From: Azolla caroliniana
Taxonomy: Eukaryota > Plantae > Polypodiophyta
NCBI GenBank assembly: GCA_043228905.1
Contig: JBHGNT010000009.1
Span: forward strand, 2,790,001-2,854,000
Length of the DNA: 64,000 nt
Direction: 5' to 3'
The notes beneath the pieces are model-generated. The model had not been told where the DNA came from. It made no database searches and worked only from the letters and a program-made list of their open reading frames with translations. The position numbers and the translations under genes are program-made. Shown one piece after another: positions 27,008 to 46,582 of the stretch (its first letter is position 1; each line of letters opens with the position of its first letter).

Positions 27008-27485
27008 TTTCCACACCATTGTTCCTTTCCGGAACTCTGTCCATCGGAGTTATTCTGCATGCCAATGAGCTCTCTCTCTCTCTCTCTATGTAAAATATAG
27101 GTATGTCGGTATGTTTGTTACGTATTTATGGATGGGTACATGCATGCATTTATGTGTGTATGCATGTATGTATGTGAACAAGCAAGATTCTACAGTGCCA
27201 CAATTCTTTGAACAGCATTTCATGTTAGGCATTCATGAACCAACGGGTAGGAAATGCCGCCTGAGAATTCCATTAATCATTCTTGATGAATGACCTCTCT
27301 CTCTCTGTCTCTCTCTCTCGTCAATTTTGTAACAAGAGCACAGCCTAATCTTTCTCGCATTGAAGCCGCCATTCGATTAATTCCTGCAGGAAACGGGGCG
27401 AATCGACAATTTGATCTCCCACCTTTGTCTGGATTGACAGCAATTTTCAACGTCGTATTATGTATGCATGCATGTATGCATGTAC

Positions 27486-27518
<33 letters not shown>

Positions 27519-28859
27519 ATTATGTGTGTGTGTGTATGTATGTGTGTGTGTGTGTGTGTGTGTGTATGTAAGTACATATACAAAGTTCAAACAAGTGATG
27601 GGCACCTCATGAGCACATTCGGCCATGGTCAGTAGATTTATCGTGAACCACCCGTTAGAGAGAGTGCTTCATCGTGTTTGAATTCTGGTAAACAACAAAT
27701 CATTGTTTCCTTGCAATGTTCCTTCTCAACCTCTCATTCCTCACTCAATCGTGGCATGGGCACACACACTGACATTGACACTTTGCTTCATCTTCTCATA
27801 TTGAAGGTTATTTTGGTGATGCCCGTTCTCAATTTCATGTCACTCGTTCATTTTGTTGACTTTACGATGCATGATTGTCATTCTTGAATTCTCGTAAAAT
27901 GTTTTCTTCCCATGGCCACGTATCATCCATTCTTGGTCATTGTCAAATCTTTGTTGCTAACTTGCTTATGTCCTACAAAGGCATGATTGTTGTGTTTCAA
28001 CTTTGGTAGTAAATGTTTTACTACATCCATCCAACAATTCTCGTTTGTTTGTTCTTGACCACCATATGGCATGCGAGGCATCATCTCCATGTTTTGGTTT
28101 TTCCTAATTTTGTCATTGCTAGAGAATGGTTTGATGATGATGTTCATTATTGATCATCACATGGAACAAGGAGGCATAACATTCCATGCATTAACCTTTT
28201 ACCCTCTAGTAGCAAATGACCAAGTGACACCCATTATAACCATATGCTCATGTTTCATCAATGTTCAATGTCTTTCACTATAATATTAATTATTTTATCG
28301 CTTTTAACTTAAATTCTGAGAGTAATCACCTTTGATCATTATCTTCACATCAAATATGTTAGCTTACACCGACCATTCAAATCAACCTTTAAATTGATGC
28401 TTTCTTTGCCCTAATGCTTGACTTTAACATGCATTAATGGGCAAGGTGGTAAGCGAGACCTAAGAGTTGATAACACTTTTGAATCTTTTTCTTCCTTGCA
28501 AATGATTCAAAAGCATTGAGGAAGAATCGAGTGATAGTCCATAGTCAAGGGAAGATAAGACGGATTCAAAGTCATAAAAAGATGACATGCATATGCCCCA
28601 AGGACAAACCAACCAACGAGGAAGTAGGAAAGGAGAAACCAACTCATTCGTCGATGGACAAAACCAATAGACAACCGGGGGGTTGGGGGGGGGGGGTAAA
28701 CAACGTGGTAGCAAGGGCCGAAATGTCATGGAGCCGACAAACAAATAGACAAATGGTAGCAACAATGCATGGAGGGAGGGGTTGAGGGTTCAATAGTGGT
28801 GTTAGTTCCAAGCAAGACACGAAATGGGGAAGGATGCCGACAGAGACAACTTACAAAAG

Positions 28860-29165
28860 TATTCGCAGAGACGAAAATCGTAATCTCGATGGCCAAGGGA
28901 CCTATTCCCGATTTTTTTCGTTGGACAAAAAAGAATGAATGTCGAGAGGTGCAGAGATGGTAATCGTAATCTTGACACCCAAGGGAACCATTCCCCATTT
29001 TTTTTGTCGGACAAAAGAATGAATGTCCAGAGACAAGAATCGTAATCCCGACGCCCAAGGGACCCATTCCCCAATTTTTTGTCGGACAAAAGAGTGAATG
29101 TCCAGAGACAGCAATCGTAATCCCGACGCCCAACAGACTCATTCTCCATTTTTTTGTTGGGCAGA
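28860..29165. repeat. About 67-75-bp GC-richer tandem repeat, about 4.5 copies, upstream of HDA2
   Basis: Unit gtcggacaaaagaatgaatgtccagagac..aatcgtaatcccgacgcccaagggacccattccc.atttttt. Confidence 0.9.
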
Positions 29166-29291
29166 AGAATGAAAGAAATGCATCATTCATTCTCTGTTCA
29201 CACATATTTAGCTCCAAAGCTTCAACTATACATATCACATGAATTCAAACAGTGTGATATAATGAACCTTCCCATTCTATGCAGACGGAAG

Positions 29292-37445
<8,154 letters not shown>

Positions 37446-37781
37446 TAGTATGCAATATGGTATTGTTGCCATGATTGTTTATCAATGACCACACAGGTTT
37501 GTACAGGCTTGTAATCATGTACAAACACATGTATTATTTGCAGATGGGTATTTATCAATCATGATAAGAGGGTTTGTAGCTTTGGGGATTTTTTTTGTGT
37601 AGTCGCATATTAATGTAGCAAGTAATTTGGATGTATGGAAAATCATAGCTAAGATAATTTACATGATGCTAGCAATCCTCTGGTTCCAATTGAGTATTAG
37701 AATGTTATCTGCATACCTATAGTGCTTGGGCTGTTACACATATATAACAAATCACAAAGTGGTGGAACATAGTTGCATGGC

Positions 37782-38224
37782 GAGAGTTTAGCTAAGTGCC
37801 CAATCTGTCTCGTATGTGAATGGCTAAGCCAATCAAAAACCAAAAATGTCTTTTAGTGTTTCCCAACCACTTGATCATCACTCCATTTTCTTAATTCAAA
37901 CAAAACATATTAGTAATTATGCCCATAGCGTCAACTTAATTATTCAAGTGAGACAAAATCTTAATCATTCCATCAAGCGACTATGCCTCAAAACTATTTT
38001 GTTGACTCCTAAGTAAAGAACGGAAATTCTGAAATACACATACGAGAGTTTAGCTAAGTGCCCAATCTGTCTCGTATGTGAATGGCTAAACCAATCAAAC
38101 CCAAAAATGTCCTTTAATGTTTCCCAACCACTTAATCATCACTCCATTTTCCTAATTCAAACAAAACATATTAGTAATTATTCTCATAGCGTCAACTTAA
38201 TTATTCAAGTGAGACAAAATCTTA
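37782..38224. repeat. About 180-bp direct repeat, offset about 262 bp
   Basis: gagagtttagctaagtgcccaatctgtctcgtatgtgaatggctaa...gagacaaaatctta occurs twice, near-identical. Confidence 0.92.
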
Positions 38225-39910
38225 GTCCTCATATTTCATGAAATATATTATACTCTTTTAAATGTGCTCTTTTAAATCTGATAATAATCCATTGGTGCTT
38301 AGACATTTGTCAATTGCAATTGATATTTTAATGTGATCATAATCATTTTTTATGCTTAGACGATGGTCAATTGAACATTAAAGCATCAGATTATTTAACC
38401 TAGTTATTGTATGTCATGTTCTAGTCATGTTGCTAAAACTAATTAACAATCTAGGAAGGGCACTCCAAAATTCTGACAAGTGAGATTAGTTTGTGAAGCA
38501 ATTGATCCGATCTTGGACATGGTAATTAAAATACATGTTTTGCTATCGACTAACCAACCAAATAACCCTCATACTATGGTTTATATCTAAAGTTCACGTT
38601 ACAATTTCATCAATTGCAATCCTTGGTTACAACTTACAAAGATGTGAAGTGGTTTATCTTTTCAGTTATAGTTTCTATTTGTTATAAATAATAAACAAAA
38701 TCCAATAATATTAAGCACTTATCTAGGATGTGGTGGCACTTCCTTGAATATTGGGAAGAATACTTTTTTACTATACCTAAAACGAGTGAAATATTTGAAA
38801 ACTTCCCATATCTTAACTAAATCATTCCATCACAAGTTAATGTTTCAAAAAGTTAGCACCACTAAATTAATTTGCCCATGATGGAGTGTATGACTATGTC
38901 GACAATATGTAACCACCAAGTATTAGATGTGTATATTAACATATGAGTGAAACCTCAAATGTTTGTGAGTATTTAAACCATTATGGAAGAATCTAATAGA
39001 GGAATACCTAGTTTATATGGCATAAATTTGATCAATTACAAAATTGAAATATCATACTACAACAAACAAACATTTAAATTCTTGTATGATTCATACATCC
39101 TTGAAGACATAGATTACATAAACTAAACATTTTCTTTTTTGCTTTATCTTTATAGGAAGGGACTACTATCTTGATTGTCCTCCATTAAACATTTTGGTTA
39201 TTCTTGATGTATAGTCTATTTAATTTATTTCTCTCTATTGCGATCCTTCCATTTCTTAGATGGTTTATAAAGGTTAATTCATCAATGCTTAGCACAATAT
39301 GTTTATTTAGTTAGGTCAATTGATCATATGCATGACAAATAAAACTTTTGAATATCATGCAAGGCACACATGTCTTCAAGGTAGTGTGCCAATGTATATG
39401 CTCCTTGGTACACAACTTAATGCATTAATGCTTAGGCACATTTTGTTTATTTATTAAGGTCAATGATAATATGTACGACAAACAATCTTTTGAAGATCAT
39501 GCAAGGCGCACATGTTCACTATGTAGTGCAATCGTGAAGGGGCTCCTTTTGCTATCGAAGCCTGCAAAGTTGTGGGAAACATCGGAGAAAATAGAGATAA
39601 ATTATGAGATCTACACGTTCCTCTCAACCATGGGACAATTGATCTCAGTGTTTTGAGTTTCTTGCTAATGTGATGGCGACAAATGAGTGGGTTCCCTACA
39701 TTACCTACGGTTACAACATTAGGGCGAAACATCTGAAGACGAAAGGAACAAGTTTGAAATATGTGCAGTGTTCCCCGACCGTGGGTGGATTGTCTCTCTT
39801 CATAACGAAGAGCCTCTACATGCCGGCGCCAACGTCGACACTAAGGGCTTCCTATTATTGGATATATCATATGAGATAGGGTTAATATTAGATAAGAGAG
39901 TTATAGGGTT

Positions 39911-39972
<62 letters not shown>

Positions 39973-40081
39973 TTCTTCCTTATGAAATTATCCATACAAT
40001 ATATTTATACACAAAACAGAGTTTTTGATTATAATCTCTTCTGAAGAAAGAAGGAAGGAAGGAAAGAAAGAGAAGAAAGCC

Positions 40082-43000
40082 ATGCAGGGGGGATTCGGTG
40101 GTTCCCGGAATTGTTCCTCTGCATACCGTCCTGCAACGACCCATCTCGTCAAGGCCTCCGATCCCACGATTCCCGCGTTCTCTGCGACGACCCATACCAT
40201 AGAAGGCCCTGATTTGCCAACATGCGCTGTCTGTATGGAAAAGCTTGGTAGCTATGGCGGACCTTCTTCACTTCCATGTGGTCACAATGGATGTTTGCAG
40301 TGCCTCCAACAGGTAGGAAATAGTTGCCCCCCTCATTTTACTCAATTCGTCTGACGATTTACTATTGTGTATGGTTTTGATGGTTTGGTGTTGTATATGG
40401 TTTTGATGATTCGGTGTTGTATATGGTTTTGATGATTCGGTGTTGTATATGGTTTTGATGATTTGGCTACATATACATATATGCATACTTTTGATGATCT
40501 GATTATATACGTGTGTTTGACGATTTGGCTATATGTATATGGTTTTGATGATTTTGATATGCATAATTTTTATACTGCCTTTCAATCACACAGAGACACA
40601 CCATACTAGGTGAATGCGTGCTGATTTTGTTCTTCTGAATTAATATTATCCCAGGCATATGCATGAAAGTGTGTCTGTATCGGTGTTTATGATGCATTCA
40701 TATGTTATGCATGAATCAAGAATCCATATATGATGGAAAGTTCGTGCTCACATGCATACATGCACCAGACACAACCTACTATGTAAAATGAATTGAACTT
40801 TGATGACATATGGAACCAGAAGCTGATGCATCATACATGCATGTATGTCTCCCTATAAGAGGACTTGATTTGTGCAGGTACAATCACACAATGCTGTTCC
40901 TTTATGTCCCCTCTGCCGAACTCCATTCGATGCCGAGTTGAATCTAGGTTTGAACTTGGATTTCAAAGAGATGTTAGAAGCACTTCAAGTAGCAGCTTCG
41001 AGCCACTTAAGGTCCAACGAAGGTGTCATTTACAACCAAGAAGATGGGTACAATCAACATGCCCATTCATATGATGAATATATACACTATCCAAATCTAA
41101 TAGTTGGTAGCAAGCGACCTACTTCCATATCAGGAAATGTTATTTTGTCAGAGCCAATGCTGAAAGGTGCCGCTAATGAGGCTACCGATAGGGTTAACAA
41201 AAGTTTACAGGCTGGAAGCCATGGTGACTCATCAGGGATACCTGAGGTAAATCTACGGAATGTATTGAGGGGAACGCTGGCAGTTTTATCTAGAAAGACA
41301 AGGTCATTCTTAGAACCGCCAAATCTTCAGGTTGGACATTCAGTAAGAGAGTCCTCTAACAATCTGGAAGAAGTAGAAGATGGTGGTGAAGATTTATGGA
41401 CTAGCATGCATTTTCCTAGTGCCCCCCCACTTCTCACTGGTAATGGAGAAGATGCAAGTGCATTGAGGGCAATTCTTGACTCGGAACCACCACAATGGAT
41501 TCCAGATAGTGCGTGTGACAACTGTATGCAGTGCAATTCAAAATTTCAACCATTGAGACGGGCACGGCATCATTGCCGATTCTGTGGTGGAATATTTTGT
41601 AATGCGTGTTCAAAGGGTAAATGCTTAATGCCTGCTAAATTCATGGAGAAGGATCCACAGAGGGTTTGTGATGGATGTTACGAAAGACTGGAGCCTGTAC
41701 AACAGGTTCTCATTGATTCAGTCAGCAATGCGGTGCAGATTGCGATTCATGATGTGATGGATATCACCTGCGTGAGGGCTTGGTTGAATAATCCTCTTGG
41801 TTCGTGCATGCAAGACGAAATCTACAAAGCTACTAACATTGTGAAAACTTTTTCAAAGGTATGTATTACAACTGGAAAAGTGAAATGGTTGATTACCTTA
41901 AAATATATGGGGAGAGAGAATGTGCTTTGTTCAAGATTTTGTTAAACTGTGCCCAGTTCACAATCGGACACCACTTTGAAAAAGGTACCAAAAATTATTC
42001 TAGGCTTGACAAGTGACAGATGGTTAGGTGGTGATGGCAAGAAAATTTCTATATGTGATTGATTAGATGCAATTTAAAAATATATCTCCACTTTTTGATC
42101 ATATCAGCACTATCCCCTGAACGAACTTAAGAAATGAAGAATATATGATTTAGATTTGTGATTTTTGCAGGTTGGCAAGCTGAAACCAGAGCAATCAATA
42201 CCAGAAACTATTCTTCGAGGAGCTGAAGGACTCGCTATATTGACCATAGCAAAATTAGGAATGGTACTGACATACAAGCTGGGAACTGGTTTGATAGTCG
42301 CACGAAGAGGAGATGGTAGTTGGTCTCCTCCGGTCTCCATAATGTCTGGTGGTTTAGGATGGGGCTTACAGGTATGTACATTCTTTTGTGTATATGTACT
42401 TATTTAAGAAGGTAAATAGGTTTATTAATTCAAATGGCACAATCATAGAATGTAATATTCGTGTTCGTGCAAGCATTCAAACGTTTGGAAACAAACACCT
42501 TTGAAAAGGGAAAAATGTGTGCTCCTTTTTTTTCTCTTTTTTTTCATTTATTCATTACAAATTCAGCTCACCCTAGTGGTAAGGAGTCATGCTATTGCTG
42601 TCCATGTCTTGGGTTCGATTCCCAATTTTCTCATATCTCTCTCTCTCTCATTAGTACCATGTCATAGCAAAATTTTATGTTAGTGTTATAATAGTTCCTT
42701 TTCTTTTCTTTTCTTATTATTAGAACTAAGCACAACCTAGTGGTAAGTTGCCGTGCTACTATTTCTTGTGTCTTGGGTTCAATTCCTAACTTTCTCCTAT
42801 TCTCTTGTTAGTGTCATGGCAAAATTTTATGTTAAGTGTCACATTCCTTTTTGTTCTTTTTCTTTCTTTCTTTCTTATTAGAAATTAGCTCACCCTAGTG
42901 GTAAGTTGTTATAGTACTATTGCCTATGTCATGGCAGAATTTTATGTTAGTGTCATGTTCCTTTTTTCTTTCTTATTAGAAATTAGGTTACCCTAGTGGT

Positions 43001-45332
43001 AAGTTGTTATGCTACTACTGCCTATGCCACGTTTTCTTCCTATTCTTGAATATACGTTTTATGAGTTTTTTATCGTTTCTTTTTTCTTTCTTTGTTATTA
43101 GAAATTAGGTCACCCTAGTGGTAAGTTGTTATGCTACTACTGCCTATGTCATGTTTTCTTCCTATTCTTGAATATACGTTTTATGAGTTTTTTATCGTTT
43201 CTTTTTTCTTTCTTTGTTATTAGAAATTAGGTCACCCTAGTGGTAAGTTGTTATGCTACTACTGCCTATGTCATGTTTTCTTCATATTCTCCAATATACG
43301 TTTTATGAGTTTTTGAACGTTTGATTATAAGTTATAATGACATATTTTGATTCAATCTCTATAGTTCATACTCATTTTTTTGTAAAGTTCTAAAGTGAGG
43401 ATGATAGAGATGTCTTGATTCTTAAGAAGCATCCCAAAAGTATGCATGTGATACAATGCAAATATTGCAACCATACTTATGTTGGTGGTTCACAATGGAT
43501 TAGAGTCCACCTATTGGGATTGAGAGTGAATCAATATATAATATAGACCATAGTCAATCCAATCCAACTTTGAGATGATTTACCATACACGTTTGATTGA
43601 ATCATTCTCGAATGCGAATGCACGTATGATACATATGGTTCATTCTATGGGCACAATATATGGTAGGTGGTTACACGATTTGATTATTGGTAATTAACGT
43701 GTGTTTGTGAAAGGTATTCAAGCATTTGAAGGCTGTTAATTGATATATCCATGCAGTTGAGAGAGCATTTGCATGATATTTGTTAGGATTGTTATATGTA
43801 CATATATGTATACATATTTTAATTGGTCCTACCGTCCAGATGAACATGGTGACCGTAGCATGAAAGATCCTCAAACTCTATGAGTTTCTAAAATATTCTA
43901 GAATGGTAATATCACGTGACCCTAGTTTCTAAAACAGTGAAATGTTCTAGAGTATCTTAAAAACCTGTAGAGAACCAACTCCAAGATAAGGTTGTCTTGT
44001 CCATGCCATTTCAGGATGGAACTCCTGACCTGTGGCATACATGGCAAGGGTTCAACTATCTCAAAACACACATTTTCTCTTATATCCTTTCTTTCAATTG
44101 TTCTATATATACACACACTTAAGAAATGTCTATTTGGTGAATCAGGCAGGTGGAGAGCTGATTGATTTTATTATTGTTCTCCGCTCCATCAAAGCAGTGA
44201 AAGCCTTTAGTGGGCGTTTACACGTGTCAATAGGAGCTGGAGTAAGTGCATGTGCAGGGCCGCTCGGCAGAGCTGCGGAGGTGGACTTACGTGTTGGTAC
44301 TGGGGGTGCAGCTGCATGCTACACATATAGTTGTAGTCAAGGTATGTTAAGACATTGGGCTTCAACAATCATATCCACTAAGTTTTTGACACTTCTGAAG
44401 GCATATACGTTACGACATAGGGCCTCTATAATCATATATCATATGTTGGACGAAGATTTGTGATAATTGTGACTACATGGAGTTCAGGCTTGTACCAATC
44501 ATATTCATGTGTATCATTTTAGCGAAGACCCTTGACATCTGATGGTTATATATGAATTATAAATGTACCCATGGGGTTGTGATAGTACATGCCAAATGCA
44601 TAGGGGAAGTTCAGGCTTATACCAATCGTATTCATGTGGCTCTAAAGGGATGCCCTCTAAGGTCGAGCACCATCATGGAATAAATGCTTAAATTTCTATT
44701 CTCATCAAGTCACATGCTATGCTAATACATGGGTTGGCTTGAGTCACATTCTAAAATTTGATAGCATTAGGGGAAGGATATCTCATCGATGTATATGCCA
44801 ACACAATATGTGTGGGTGCTCAGGCTTTATATAGCCATGTTTATGATAGAGCAAAGAAAATATTACAAAATTGTAGGGAACCTCAAGTTTTATACAATCC
44901 TAATGTAGTCACACCCACGAAGAGTTTTAACAGCATTACAAAATGAAAGTCTTGAGTGTTGAATGATGAGGATGATAGCCCACTAGATTATTTTGGATTG
45001 CAGTTGTCCTTACACATGCAACAAAATAAAAATGTAAAGGGGAAAGATGGGTTAAAACAGAATGGTTTCTCTTCTCTCTTTTTTAGCATAAAATCTATTA
45101 AAAACTTTTCATAGGGCCTTTGCTAAAAGGAAAGGACTATTGTTTCTTATTTGCAGGTGCATTTGTTGGAGTATCATTAGAGGGTAATATGGTGGGGCCT
45201 CGGGCAGATGTGAATGCTCGTTTCTATGGAGATACCTATTTGACACCGGATGACATACTCTTTGGCTCTATTCCACTTCCCAGGGCAGCTGACCCCTTGT
45301 ATGGTGCCTTGCATGAGTTATTCTCTTGTTGA
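40082..45332 (+). CDS. RING-FYVE-SYLF(Ysc84) protein, CFS1/FYVE2-like with an extra N-terminal C3HC4 RING
   Basis: Exons about 40082-40312, 40878-41858, 42171-42371, 44146-44341, 45158-45332. RING CAVC..LPCGHNGCLQC..CPLCR; FYVE WIPD..RHHCRFCG..RVC; SYLF GLAILTIAKLG..GTGLIVARR.DGSWSPP..GAFVGVSLEG. Confidence 0.93.
40350..40560. repeat. 26-bp minisatellite (atatggttttgatgattcggtgttgt) in intron 1 of the FYVE gene
   Basis: Four clear copies plus decayed copies. Confidence 0.9.
42444..43649 (+). mobile_element. Internally deleted hAT DNA transposon with perfect 8-bp TSD
   Basis: TIR CATAGAATG...CATTCTATG; TSD GGCACAAT at 42436-42443 and 43650-43657; internal BED finger remnant IQCKYCNHTYVGGSQWIRVHLLG at about 43450-43520. 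Confidence 0.88.
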
Positions 45333-46519
45333 AGTCGCCCCAAAAAGAAATTACCAAATATGTATATATGTGTATGTGTTGTATTTTGCTTGAACTGGCA
45401 CGAGTGTGTGCTTCTGATATATATATTTAACTTGTATCGTCAATATTCCATGTAAACATCATTTCTGTACAGAATTCTACATCTTATTTGATGATTATTT
45501 CCAAATTGGCAATGTACTTGTGGTGTCTATTTTAGAAATTCAGTGATATCATTTATCAAGAAATCCTACATATTTTTTTGATTATCTGGCATGAATACAT
45601 GCCATTAATGAGATATATGTGCTATTTTTATGGAAACTCCTTGCAAGTCATGCTCAAACCCATGCATATTTGTGCAATGCCTCGTTATCTAGGTAACATA
45701 GAAGCTATATTTCAAGTATGCTGAATTTAGTCTTGGTTTTGAGTTTGACATGGTGAGGAAAATGTTCTTACCAGGTCCATTAGAAAATAACGAAAAATAG
45801 TCTTTGGCTGGGTTGCTTTGTGTCCCATTGTTGTGATAATGTTATTTTTTACTCAGGAATAGTGGTAGCTTTAGGTATTGGGTTGGGCCCATCGCATGAC
45901 ATGATGGATGGTAGATAAGGTTGATAAGGTTTACGAAAATATGGATGAAAAAGGGCATGGTATTGAGGCTGCAAAAATATGTTTGTGTGGAGTAGGCTTA
46001 TATATGATGTATTAACATTAAAAGATCTCGACCAAGGCCACATGTAATTTATAATTACAACATTTTAGGCTAGACTAAAATACCTTTGGAACACAAGTAT
46101 CTTTTCTTAAATGATTAAAAAATCTATAACAAGTAACATATTTGTTTTACATGTACACGAAATAAAGACGTGCATCCCTATCTTACTACCCTAAACATCA
46201 TGCCATACTTAATGTACCCTATGATATGTACCATTCTTGGTTGTCGACAACATTAGCTTTTGGGGTTTTGTGAGCTTTGTAAGGACCAAATTGCAACGAT
46301 ATATTACTCCTACTTTGTCGTCGTCAATATGAAAAGACCACCACCCCTGGCATACCATGATGTGTCGTATGGAATCGCAGACCATCCCATAACTTTGATT
46401 CCATTGTTGGACATAATGTTCTTCTTCTTTTAGCTGAGTTCAACAACATTTAAGCTAAAGAAAAAACCTTGATTCAAATGTGAAGAGCCATAACCTTAAC
46501 TTAGCATATTTTGACTCTA

Positions 46520-46560
46520 ATTAGCCCTAGCCCTAACCCTAATCCCTAATCCCTAACGTA
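46520..46560 (+). promoter_or_regulatory. Degenerate telomere-like (telo-box-like) CCCTAA repeats upstream of NAA40
   Basis: agccctagccctaaccctaatccctaatccctaa lies just before the ATG at 46583. Confidence 0.45.
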
Positions 46561-46582
46561 ATCCTCTTGTCTTGTTAGTGTC

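Noticed and set aside
28860-29165. CRISPR-like appearance of regularly spaced repeats (also at 42560-43310 and 50907-51225)
   Set aside because: The units are similar along their whole length with no unique spacers, the context is eukaryotic, and there are no cas genes
42563-42625. Functional tRNA gene
   Set aside because: Only A/B-box-like motifs are present; no complete cloverleaf or acceptor stem
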